Part shown: positions 41,867 through 51,114 of the stretch, in pieces
How the letters are laid out: each line of letters begins with the position of its first letter
Position numbering within the stretch: position 1 is the stretch's first letter
Source of the DNA: Candidatus Latescibacterota bacterium
GTDB taxonomy: Bacteria; Latescibacterota; UBA2968; UBA8231
Reading direction: 5' to 3'
NCBI GenBank assembly: GCA_965242865.1
Contig: CBDETK010000008.1
Span: 1-64,000, forward strand
Length of the DNA stretch: 64,000 bases
The notes under the pieces: generated by a model
Databases searched by the model: none
What the model was told of the DNA's origin: nothing
Seen by the model: only the letters and a program-made list of their open reading frames with translations
Translations under genes and position numbers: made by a program

Positions 41867-42751
41867 ATGATCACCTACGTCAACGGCAACCTGTTCGAGG
41901 CACCAGCTAGAGTCTTGGTGAACACCGTGAATACTGTCGGTGTAATGGGGAAGGGCATTGCGCTAGATTTCAAACGGATTTATCCGGAGATGTTCAGTCG
42001 ATATCAACACTTCTGTGAGTCTGGACAGCTAGCGATTGGAAAATTGTACCTATTCAAGACCGATCAGAAGTGGATTCTCAATTTCCCAACAAAAAAGCAC
42101 TGGAAAGCCCCTTCTCGGCTCGAATATATCGAGGCAGGTCTCAAGAAGTTTGTTTGCCACTACGCAGATGTTGGCATTACATCAATCGCATTCCCCGCCC
42201 TCGGCTGCGGAAATGGAGAACTGGACTATGACACTCAGGTTCGACCACTCATGGAGGATCACTTGAATAGCATTCCGATCTCAGTCTTCATATATCTGAA
42301 TCGCCCTACAACGACTCCCCCAAGGCACCGGGACGTAGAGCGAATCGCCGTTTGGTTGCGTCAAGATCCTCCGTCACTTCCGTTTGACTGCGTGTTGAGA
42401 GATGTGCATAATATTCTGGCGAACGCAAGACCTTTGCATACAATCGACAGGCAACACGAATTTGTAGCACAATTCAAGAGTAATCCTGTGCGACTGCAGA
42501 TTACATCCGCCGGTCATTCGTTCGCATACTCGGAGGATGTACTCTGGACATTTTGGCAGAGACTTAGGGAACATGGACCAGTATACGAAGAGATCTTGGC
42601 GGACTACCATCAACCATTGTTCCTCATTTCAGTTTTCGTAATGCTTCCATATGTTCAACAGATTCAAGTAGCTCGGTCTCCTGATCAACTCTGGAATGAG
42701 CCGCATATTGGGCTGCAGATCAAACCAAGTTACCGAGGACATGACCTCTAG
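41867..42751 (+). CDS. Macrodomain protein (DarG/Poa1p-like ADP-ribose hydrolase)
   Basis: GNLF...LVNTVNTVGVMGKGIA, NFPTKKHW, SIAFPALGCGNG; low GC. Confidence 0.9.
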   Translation: MITYVNGNLFEAPARVLVNTVNTVGVMGKGIALDFKRIYPEMFSRYQHFCESGQLAIGKLYLFKTDQKWILNFPTKKHWKAPSRLEYIEAGLKKFVCHYADVGITSIAFPALGCGNGELDYDTQVRPLMEDHLNSIPISVFIYLNRPTTTPPRHRDVERIAVWLRQDPPSLPFDCVLRDVHNILANARPLHTIDRQHEFVAQFKSNPVRLQITSAGHSFAYSEDVLWTFWQRLREHGPVYEEILADYHQPLFLISVFVMLPYVQQIQVARSPDQLWNEPHIGLQIKPSYRGHDL

Positions 42752-42915
42752 TCAGTCGAAAATGTTAAGGGCTTCCAGCTCTTGAGTGCGGGTGTGGATG
42801 CTGGCGGAATCCCTCAGCAGTCTCGATCGGATCGCTTGGTCGGGGCGAATCGAACTGCTTGCGGCGGGCTCGGGGTACTCGGACCTCGAACGCAGGCACG
42901 GGTGCCCTTGCCGCC
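42735..42915 (+). repeat. Dispersed non-coding repeat, copy A
   Basis: GAGGACATGACCTCTAGTCAGTCGAAAATGTTAAGGGCTTCCAGCTCTTGAG...GGAATCC...GGGGCGAATCGAACTGCT aligns by eye to copies B and C. Confidence 0.8.
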
Positions 42916-43022
42916 CAACACGTCTGGCAAGATCCGCTCCACGTAATCTTCGGCTGCGACGGGATCTTTGGAGGATCCGGGGCTACGCGCGAGGCGGGTG
43001 ACTCGATCCGCCCTACAATTGA

Positions 43023-44000
43023 TTGTTGGATCACGCGACCGAATCGGTTTCGGACTTGGCGGCAAGCCTCGACCCAGTACCCGGATTGCACGTTGAGGCC
43101 GGTGTGCCGTTGAAGGCCCACACGCGCTTCGCCGTCGGTGGTCCCGCCGACCTGTTCGCTTGGGCCAGGACGCCGTCCGCCTTAGGTGCTGCGTTCCGAG
43201 GCGCACGGGAAGCCGGCATACCCTTCTACCTGCTGGGGGACGGGAGCAATGTAGTCGCGTCAGACGCCGGCTTCCGAGGCTTGGTGGCGCGGTACGTGGC
43301 GGACGGCTTGGAGTGTCGCGACGGAGTGATCGAGGCCGAGGCAGGGGGAAGTCTCCAAGCGCTGGTAGACCTCTCGATCGACAACCGTCTCGAGGGGATG
43401 CACACGCTGACGCGGATCCCAGGATCGGTGGGCGGAGCGGTCTACGGGAACGCGGGCGCGTACGGGCATCAACTCGACGAGTTCGTGCGTCGCGTGGATT
43501 TTCTCGATGACGGCGAATTGCGCTCGTTCGGCTCGGAGGACTGCGAGTTCGAGTACCGCGAATCCGTTTTCAAGCGGAACAAGGACTGGTTGATCCTTGG
43601 CGTCCAGCTCGAGCTGCCGCGGGGCGACTCGGCCGCTTTGCGGGCCCGCGCCGAAGAGATTCGAGCGGTGCGCGACGAGAAGTTCCCTCCGACCATGCGT
43701 TGCGCCGGCAGCATCTTCAAGAATCTCTACCTCAGCGCCTTGCCGCCGCAAGCCGCCGCGATCGTTCCCGAGCGGGCCGTGCGGGGCGGCAAGGTGGCGT
43801 CAGCGTTCTTCCTCGAGCAAGTTGGCGCGAAGGGTATGCGCAACGGCGGCATCGAGATTGCTTCGTATCATGCCAACTTGCTTTACAACCGGGGCGGCGG
43901 GACGTCCACCCAGATTCGCGAGTTAGTGGTAGAACTGAAGGTGCGCGTCCGGGATCGCTTCGCCTTCGAGATCGAAGAGGAAGTGCAGTACGCGGGTTGA
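43023..44000 (+). CDS. murB: UDP-N-acetylmuramate dehydrogenase
   Basis: HTRFAVGGPA, LGDGSN, IPGSVGGAVYGNAGAYG, FEYRESVFK, AGSIFKN, HAN, EEEV. Confidence 0.94.
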   Translation: MLDHATESVSDLAASLDPVPGLHVEAGVPLKAHTRFAVGGPADLFAWARTPSALGAAFRGAREAGIPFYLLGDGSNVVASDAGFRGLVARYVADGLECRDGVIEAEAGGSLQALVDLSIDNRLEGMHTLTRIPGSVGGAVYGNAGAYGHQLDEFVRRVDFLDDGELRSFGSEDCEFEYRESVFKRNKDWLILGVQLELPRGDSAALRARAEEIRAVRDEKFPPTMRCAGSIFKNLYLSALPPQAAAIVPERAVRGGKVASAFFLEQVGAKGMRNGGIEIASYHANLLYNRGGGTSTQIRELVVELKVRVRDRFAFEIEEEVQYAG

Positions 44001-44043
44001 GGGGGATCCGATCCGTTGCGCCGGACGACGGGAGCGAATTGAC

Positions 44044-44718
44044 ATGAGGCGAATGCTGCTGGCCTTGGCGCTGTTCGGGTTCGCGGCGGCGGCACCCGCC
44101 GCGGACTGGAAGGATCTGCTGGGCAACGGCTTGGACGACTGGCGGGTGCTGGGCGACGGCCATTGGCGGTTGCGCTCCGACGGCGTGGTCGTTGCTTCGT
44201 TCGGCCATGATCGCCAACAGGAATTGCAGGGTACCGGCCCGATCGACCGGCAGGCGTTCGTGCGCTGGAGCACGCGGCAGTCGTGGCTCTACACAGTGCG
44301 TGATTTCGAGGAATTCGACCTGCATCTCGAATACTGGGTCAACACTCCCGGGAACGGCGGAATCTCGATTCGCGATCCCTCGCAAGCGCGTTGCGGCATC
44401 GCGGAGCGACCCGATTACAGCTGCACTCCTTCCAAGCTCGGTTACGAGATCCAGATCGACAGCGAGTACACCGGCAAATGGGCGACCGGCTCGATCTATG
44501 GACTGGTGAGGGCCCCGGATGGATTGGACGTGCCAGGGGAGTGGAACCGGATCAATATCGAATCGCGCCGCGATGCGATCCGGGTGTACGTCAACGGAGT
44601 GCTGGCCTCCGAGCATCCCGGCGATCCGGAGCGGCCCAAGAAGGGTCCGATCGGCCTGCAGCTGCACGATCTGCACAGCTTCGTGATGTTCCGCAACCTG
44701 TGGATTCTGGAGTACTGA
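44044..44718 (+). CDS. DUF1080 secreted protein
   Basis: WKDLLGNGLDDW, EEFDLHLEY, GYEIQI, TGSIY, GEWN, GPIGLQLH, FRNLWI. Confidence 0.88.
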   Translation: MRRMLLALALFGFAAAAPAADWKDLLGNGLDDWRVLGDGHWRLRSDGVVVASFGHDRQQELQGTGPIDRQAFVRWSTRQSWLYTVRDFEEFDLHLEYWVNTPGNGGISIRDPSQARCGIAERPDYSCTPSKLGYEIQIDSEYTGKWATGSIYGLVRAPDGLDVPGEWNRINIESRRDAIRVYVNGVLASEHPGDPERPKKGPIGLQLHDLHSFVMFRNLWILEY

Positions 44719-44726
44719 CCGCCGAC

Positions 44727-46295
44727 TCAAGACGATTCCGCCTCGACATCGACGAAGCGTACTTCCTGTCCCCGGCGGATCTGCGAATGCTTGCGGAATG
44801 CCGATCGCGGCTCCGGGAAGTCCGAGCGGTAGTGGCCTCCCCGGCTTTCTTCTCGCCCTAGGGCGCAGCGCGCCACCAGCCGGATGATTTGGTACATGTT
44901 ATCGGTCTCGAATCCGGCCCGGCTGCTCCGCGCCAATCCCTTCTCGAACAGCGTCGACAGCAGGTCGAGTTGCTCGAGGCCCGCGCGGAGGCCTTCCCCG
45001 GAACGGGTGATGCCCGCGTGCCGCCAAGCGAGGTGGCGCAGGTTGGCGATGGCGTTGCCGGGCAGTGCGCTGGCCGGTCCCCGGTGCTTGATGCTCGGCC
45101 TCCGCACGGGCGCGTCGATTCTCGAGCGCATGGTTTCACCGGCCTCCGCTCCGAATACGAGCCCTTCGAGCAGCGAGTTGCTGGCCAGGCGGTTCGCACC
45201 GTGGACGCCGTTGCAAGCGACTTCGCCAGCCGCGAAAAGGCCGGGCAGGGTGGTAGAGCCATCGAGACTCGTCACCACCCCGCCCATCGCGTAGTGCGCC
45301 GCCGGGTGGACGGGGACCGGTTCGAGTTCCAAGTCCACGCCGTACGCCAGACAGGTTCGATAGACGCGCGGAAAGCGTTTGCGCACGTGCCCCGGCGCGA
45401 GGTGGGTCAGGTCGAGATAGACCGGACCCTTGCGCAAGCGCGCCAGCTCGCGCACGATGGCGCGCGAGACGATGTCGCGTGGCGCCAGTTCTTCGCTCTC
45501 GTGGTAGCGGGACATGAAGCGCTGCATGTCCGCGTTGCGCAGCACCGCTCCCTCGCCTCGCAGAGCCTCTGACAGCAGGAAGCGCGGAGCACCTTCCAAG
45601 AACAGCGCCGTGGGGTGAAACTGGACCATCTCCATGTTCGCGACCGTGGCCCCGGCCCGATAGGCCATCGCCACGCCGTCGCCGGTCGCCACGACCGGAT
45701 TTGTCGTCTCGCGATACACCCGGCCAATGCCGCCGGTCGCGAGCAGGACGGCGCGGGAATGGATGGGGACGAGCTCGCGCTGCTTCTCGTCCCACGCCAC
45801 GGCCCCGCAGACCTCTCCGTCCTCCATCAGCAGGTCGACCACCGACGAGAAACTTTGGAAAGAAATCGCCTCGATCGCCTGCGCCTTGCGAAACAGCGTG
45901 CGGGCGATTTCCCGTCCGGTCGAGTCGCCGTCGGCGTGCAGCACGCGATTGACGCTGTGGGCGCCTTCGATGGCGAAGGTCAGCTTCCCGCCGGCCGTGT
46001 CGAATTCGGCGCCCCAGTTGATCAGTCGCTGGATCCTGCGCGGACCGGCTTCGGCCAAGGCGCGAACGGCGCGCGGGTCGCAGAGCCCTGCGCCGGCGAG
46101 CAGCGTGTCCTGTTCGTGCAGGCGCACCTCGTCTTCGTCGCTCAGCGCGACTGCCACGCCCCCTTGCGAGTACTCGGTGGCGGACTCGGTCAGGCGATCC
46201 TTGGTCAGAACCAGCACCCGGCCGGCCGCGGAAGCCTCAATTGCGGCACTCAGTCCGGCGACCCCCGCGCCGCACACCAGAATGTCCGTTTCCAT
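44727..46295 (-). CDS. nadB: L-aspartate oxidase
   Basis: GAGVAGL, SQGGVA, EGAHS, QFHPT, SEALRGEG, AHYAMGG, GVHGANRLASNSLLEG, ESRGGH. Confidence 0.95.
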   Translation of the reverse strand: METDILVCGAGVAGLSAAIEASAAGRVLVLTKDRLTESATEYSQGGVAVALSDEDEVRLHEQDTLLAGAGLCDPRAVRALAEAGPRRIQRLINWGAEFDTAGGKLTFAIEGAHSVNRVLHADGDSTGREIARTLFRKAQAIEAISFQSFSSVVDLLMEDGEVCGAVAWDEKQRELVPIHSRAVLLATGGIGRVYRETTNPVVATGDGVAMAYRAGATVANMEMVQFHPTALFLEGAPRFLLSEALRGEGAVLRNADMQRFMSRYHESEELAPRDIVSRAIVRELARLRKGPVYLDLTHLAPGHVRKRFPRVYRTCLAYGVDLELEPVPVHPAAHYAMGGVVTSLDGSTTLPGLFAAGEVACNGVHGANRLASNSLLEGLVFGAEAGETMRSRIDAPVRRPSIKHRGPASALPGNAIANLRHLAWRHAGITRSGEGLRAGLEQLDLLSTLFEKGLARSSRAGFETDNMYQIIRLVARCALGREESRGGHYRSDFPEPRSAFRKHSQIRRGQEVRFVDVEAESS

Positions 46296-46353
46296 GCCGT
46301 CGCGGGCCTGTCGCGCCGTCCGCCGCGAAGCCCATGGTACAAAAGGGACATCG

Positions 46354-47460
46354 ATGTTCGTTCCCGTCGAGACAGGCTCTGGACGCTACGAGGTTCGCAT
46401 CCGAGCTGGCACGCTCTTGCAGGCTGCGGTCTATATCCGCGAAGCGCTCGGGGAACGGAGGCTGTTTGTCATCGCGGATGAAGCGGTTTGGGACGCTCAA
46501 GGGCACTACTTGACGAGCGGGTTGGCTGACGCGGACTGGGCCGTGCTCGCAGTGCCCCTAGGGGAGCCGCGCAAGCGTTTGGCCACGGTCGAGCAACTGT
46601 GCGAGGCGATGCATGTCGCGGGAACTGATCGGCACACGGTCGTGGTGGCATTCGGCGGAGGGGTCGCGGGTGATATTTGCGGATTCGTGGCCGCGTCGTA
46701 CATGCGCGGCGTCGATCTCGTGCAAATCCCCACCACCTTGCTGGCCCAAGTCGACGCCTCCGTGGGCGGCAAGACCGGAGTGAATCTCGCCACCGGGAAG
46801 AACTTGGTGGGCGCGTTCCACCAGCCGAAGCTCGTGCTGATCGACCCGGATATTCTCGAGACCCTGCCGGACCGGGAGTATCGCGCGGGCGTGCAGGAAG
46901 TTGTGAAGCATGGCGTCATCCGCAGCGCGGAGCTATTCGAGTTCATGGAAAAGGAGCGGGATGCCGTTCTGGCCCGAGAGAGCAAGGCTGTCGAATACAT
47001 GATTGCGGAGTCGGTGCGCATCAAGGCGGACGTGGTGCGGCGTGACGAGCGCGAAGGCGGCCTGCGTCGCATCCTGAATTTCGGGCATACGCTCGGTCAC
47101 GCCTTGGAGGCGGAGACCGGATACAGCCTCCTGTTGCATGGAGAGGCTGTCGCGTTCGGCATGATCGCTGCTGCGAGGCTGTCCGAACTGCGCGGCCGCC
47201 TCGCGACGCGCGAACGCAAGAGGATCGAAGCGACCGTGCTTTCCTACTGCGACCTGCCGGACTTGTCTGACTTGGATGCCGTCGCAATAGCGTCGCGGGT
47301 CGCGGGCGACAAGAAGTCTGTTGGAGGGCAGGCGCGCTTCGTGCTGGCCGAAGGGATCGGAAGCGTTTGCGAGGAAGTCGCCCCGCCCCAGGAACAAGTC
47401 ATTAATGCGACCAAGCACGCCTTGCGGGTTTGTCGCACCAAGGGCGGGTCAGCAGGATAG
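46354..47460 (+). CDS. aroB: 3-dehydroquinate synthase
   Basis: GGGVAGD, PTTLLAQVDASVGGKTG, KNLVGAFHQP, LNFGHTLGHALE. Confidence 0.96.
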   Translation: MFVPVETGSGRYEVRIRAGTLLQAAVYIREALGERRLFVIADEAVWDAQGHYLTSGLADADWAVLAVPLGEPRKRLATVEQLCEAMHVAGTDRHTVVVAFGGGVAGDICGFVAASYMRGVDLVQIPTTLLAQVDASVGGKTGVNLATGKNLVGAFHQPKLVLIDPDILETLPDREYRAGVQEVVKHGVIRSAELFEFMEKERDAVLARESKAVEYMIAESVRIKADVVRRDEREGGLRRILNFGHTLGHALEAETGYSLLLHGEAVAFGMIAAARLSELRGRLATRERKRIEATVLSYCDLPDLSDLDAVAIASRVAGDKKSVGGQARFVLAEGIGSVCEEVAPPQEQVINATKHALRVCRTKGGSAG

Positions 47461-47463
47461 CTG

Positions 47464-48234
47464 GTGGGCATGCCCGAGACAGCTCGCGGCGCGGCGCCCG
47501 CAGGCGTGGAACCGAGCGATTCCGCAGCCGTGTCGCGCGTCGTGCGCGAGATGTTCGGTCGCGTCGCTCCGCGCTACGACCTGCTCAATCACCTTCTCTC
47601 CGGCCAGATCGACAGGTACTGGCGGCGCAAGTTGGTCCGCGCCGTGCGCCCGTACTTGGACCGGGACGAATCACGCATCGCTGATCTTTGCTGCGGTACC
47701 GGCGACGTTGCGCTGGCATTCGGCCGCGCACGGCGGAAGAGCCCGCAGGCGCAGCCGTGCCTAGCGAGCGACTTCTGCCGACCGATGCTGGAACGGGCGG
47801 ACGAGAAGCTGCGTCGCGCGGGATACCGCTTCCCGCTGGTGGAAGCGGACGCTTCTCGCATGCCCTTGCCCGACGGCAGCCTCGATCTGATCGCCATAGC
47901 GTACGGCTTTCGGAATCTGGCGAACTACCGCGGCGGGGCCGAGGAATTCGTGCGCTTGCTCGCTCCGGGTGGCTGCCTGGCGATCCTGGAGTTTTCGCAG
48001 CCGACATCGCGGCTGTGGAGAGCGGTGTTCAACGCGTATTTCGAGCACGCGCTGCCGCGACTCGGCAACGCGATATCCGGTAGCGGCGGGGCTTACTCCT
48101 ACTTGCAGGAATCCGTCGCCCGGTTCCCGGAGCCCGAGACGGTCCGGACGTTGCTCTGCGACGCCGGTTTCGAGCGTGTGGAGGCGCGGGTGCTGACAGG
48201 CGGCGTGAGCATGCTGTACCTAGCGTTCAGGTGA
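47464..48234 (+). CDS. ubiE: Ubiquinone/menaquinone biosynthesis C-methyltransferase (UbiE/MenG)
   Basis: MFGRVAPRYDLLNHLLS, DLCCGTGD, YGFRN, LAPGG, ILEFS, AYSYL. Confidence 0.92.
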   Translation: MGMPETARGAAPAGVEPSDSAAVSRVVREMFGRVAPRYDLLNHLLSGQIDRYWRRKLVRAVRPYLDRDESRIADLCCGTGDVALAFGRARRKSPQAQPCLASDFCRPMLERADEKLRRAGYRFPLVEADASRMPLPDGSLDLIAIAYGFRNLANYRGGAEEFVRLLAPGGCLAILEFSQPTSRLWRAVFNAYFEHALPRLGNAISGSGGAYSYLQESVARFPEPETVRTLLCDAGFERVEARVLTGGVSMLYLAFR

Positions 48235-48459
48235 CCGGGCAAGATCTGAAATCCTGCCGAAGTAATGCTCGCGCCACCGTAGCGTGCCTGCTGGAGTGCA
48301 GGACTCGCTTTCTGATGATGTGAGACCGTCGAATGAGTCGAGACGCCAACCCCATTAGCGAGCAACAGAGCTTGCTGTGACTGATTTCGGCTGCCGACAG
48401 CCAGAGTGGGGCAAGCGCGGAGCGTAGCGGGGGATCCGTTCCCGGCCAGCGCGTAACAC

Positions 48460-48738
48460 CGGGCTACCGCGCCGGGTGCGCACGAGCGGTGTCCGAGCGG
48501 GTGGCTTCGTGGCGGTCAGTCGGCACAGATCACGATTCGCATAGGTAACGCATAGCGTTCGGCGAGGGCGCACTCGCCCGCGGCCGAGGTCTTGTTGCCC
48601 CAAATCTGCCGCCAGCAGTCCGATCCGCCCCGACCGAACGATGCGATCCAAGCTGATTAGGGATTCCGATGGCATCCACACTCGCGCTCAAGAGCCAAAA
48701 GTCCTAATCATTCTCAACTGGCCAGAGGTCATGTCCTC
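48460..48738 (-). repeat. Dispersed non-coding repeat, copy B (inverted)
   Basis: Reverse complement reads GAGGACATGACCTCTGGCCAGTTGAGAATGATTAGG...GCTCTTGAG...GCCCTCGCCGAACGCTA...TCGTGATC...CCGCCACGAAGC...GCGCGGTAGCCCG. Confidence 0.82.
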
Positions 48739-49005
48739 TGAGGCCCCGGCCAGGATTCTCGAATCGACCCCAGGCTGTTTCGCTGCACCTCTAGCAACAA
48801 GCAGCGGGCCTCGCAGCCTTGGCTCTGAGAGAGCCTGCCTAGTACGATTGCTCGCCCAGATGACTCTCAGCTTCGCGAAAAGATATCTTGCTTCCCCAGA
48901 ATCGTCAATGACGACTTACCACATTCCCTGCCGGTGCCCTGAACGCATGCTCGATCCCGCGTGCAAATCAACCGGGGCGGCCACACCTGCATTCGACACT
49001 CGCAC

Positions 49006-49035
49006 TTGACCTCCGACCTGCAGCAATGGTAAGCT
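49006..49035 (+). promoter_or_regulatory. Putative promoter of HNH gene
   Basis: TTGACC, 18 nt spacer, extended -10 TGG-TAAGCT. Confidence 0.35.
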
Positions 49036-49128
49036 GACACCTCAGAGCGGGCACCGTCGCCGGTCGCGTACGGCCTCGGCACAGATCGCCAAAACAATAA
49101 CCGGCAGCCTGTTCTATGTGGGGCACGA

Positions 49129-50796
49129 ATGGCAAAATCTCGCTATCTGTCTGCGCTCGGCTCGGAAGACCGCCAGCTACTCGTGCGCCAGCTTCACAGG
49201 CTGCAGAATCGTCGCTGTTTCATCTGCACGAGCGAGATCGATCTAGACCTTCACAAGGGGCAGATCGACATCGATCACATTGACCCGCTATTGGAGGACG
49301 GACTCGATGACCCAAGCAACTTCGCTCTGACGCACGCCAAGTGCAATCGCAGTAAGGGTGCCTCAAATCTGCAGGTAGCCCGGCGAGTAGCGGAGTTTGA
49401 ACGACTGCAAGAACAAGCGCGTAGACAGGGGAAGCGAGGAGCAGATCTAGGGGATGTCTTGTCCCTACATGATGGCAGTAAAGCTGACTTGAGACTTTTG
49501 GTCGAGAATGATCGTGTCAAGTATAGTTTGCCAAACAGCGGCAATGAGGGAGTATATACGGAACGATTGATGCATGATAAACTGAGCAATATGGATTCCT
49601 TTGTGGCACAGTTTCCTCTTGAATATCTACATCACGATGACCGGATCAATCCTCGTAGCATAGGATCGAACATCAGGAATCTGATCGAAGAGTTCTTGGC
49701 AAGGCGCCCGCAGCTTCATATGGCTCTTGGATGGTGGGAGCCAGACGAAGCGAACAGCCAGACACAGGGTAAGCTACGTCTGTTCGATGGGCAACATAAG
49801 GTTGCCGCCCAGATACTATTGGGAGTTAGGACTATACCGGTCCGCGTCTTCGTTTGTCCCGATACAAATGTACTGCTCAAAGCCAACACTAATGCAGGCG
49901 GCAAGTTACGCCAAGTGGCATTCGATTCCGCTGTCATGCGCCACCTAGGCAACACGCTCTATGAGGAGCGTGTCAACCAATTTCGGCAAATGCGGAGATT
50001 GCCTGATAACGATCTTTCGTTTTCTGAACAGGACCTAGTCAAATTCTTTAGGGGAGAGAGCCGTGAAATGATTCGCTATATCATCGACGCACAGAGAGAT
50101 CGAATTACGCGTAATTCCGACAATAAGCTCTTGGATTTCGTCGAGTGGTCTGGAAGATCGAACCAGCTCCCGATGGCATATCATACGGTTGAACGCTCGT
50201 TTTTCAAGGAATTCCTCTACCAAAAAGCACTAGATACACCACTCGATGAGGGGTATGAGCAGGGTTTCAATCCCCGCCAACTGGAGCGTGAACAGTTGAC
50301 TAAAATCATGTCTCTATTTTCCGAAGTGTTCTTAATCAATAATTGGGATCGCGAAATCGGCGGAAGACGCCTTGAAACCCGTGTCCACGCAGGAGAGAAG
50401 ATTCCCGAGAATCATCTTCGTGCTTGGCGTGTCTCTAGAGAGGAAGTACTTGCGATCATTGTACGATATTTGAAGCTCGTAATCACTAACTATCTTGCTT
50501 GGACGGGAGCGTATGAGGAAGAAGATCGACTCCTACATAAGTGCTTGCCTGACGAAGTGTGGACACGAATGGAGAACTTCCTCTCCAACTTGGCTGGCCT
50601 GCCATGCTGGATTGATGGTAGTTTAGCAACGACAGTTTTTGGAGCAAAGCAGAATCGGGATTATTGGGTGAGCATTTTGAAGACCGGGAAAACCCCATCA
50701 GGTATCGAGGTCTTGGCACAACCACTCAAAATCCAAGAGATGATCTTGGATAGGGCTCAACACGATGTCAGCTTAGATCTGCAGATGCACCCCTGA
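49129..50796 (+). CDS. HNH endonuclease fused to a DGQH(R)/ParB-like domain
   Basis: CFIC...IDHIDP...SNFALTHAKCNRSK (HNH); central LRLFDGQHKVAA; low GC. Confidence 0.85.
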   Translation: MAKSRYLSALGSEDRQLLVRQLHRLQNRRCFICTSEIDLDLHKGQIDIDHIDPLLEDGLDDPSNFALTHAKCNRSKGASNLQVARRVAEFERLQEQARRQGKRGADLGDVLSLHDGSKADLRLLVENDRVKYSLPNSGNEGVYTERLMHDKLSNMDSFVAQFPLEYLHHDDRINPRSIGSNIRNLIEEFLARRPQLHMALGWWEPDEANSQTQGKLRLFDGQHKVAAQILLGVRTIPVRVFVCPDTNVLLKANTNAGGKLRQVAFDSAVMRHLGNTLYEERVNQFRQMRRLPDNDLSFSEQDLVKFFRGESREMIRYIIDAQRDRITRNSDNKLLDFVEWSGRSNQLPMAYHTVERSFFKEFLYQKALDTPLDEGYEQGFNPRQLEREQLTKIMSLFSEVFLINNWDREIGGRRLETRVHAGEKIPENHLRAWRVSREEVLAIIVRYLKLVITNYLAWTGAYEEEDRLLHKCLPDEVWTRMENFLSNLAGLPCWIDGSLATTVFGAKQNRDYWVSILKTGKTPSGIEVLAQPLKIQEMILDRAQHDVSLDLQMHP

Positions 50797-51114
50797 AGAA
50801 AATCGCCACCAGTCATACATCAGTTTGAGGGAAGTCCGCTCTGTTGGACTGAGATTTGATTCAACTGACGGAGTGAAAAGGCGTGTTCCTAGCGTGTTAA
50901 AGGGCTAAGGTACAATATGTACAAGCAGGTCGAAATTGAGTAATTGGCGTGACGAATCTCGTTTCACAGTCTAGTAATCCGAGTCAATTCGTTGGATAGG
51001 ATCTAGGTGATATGGCTGATGCATAGGCTGCAAGTACGCGCAAATCGCAAAGGGCTAACGACATAGAACCGATCAGCCAGCGAGACGTCGGGGCGGATCC
51101 TGAAGGGTTGGCGT

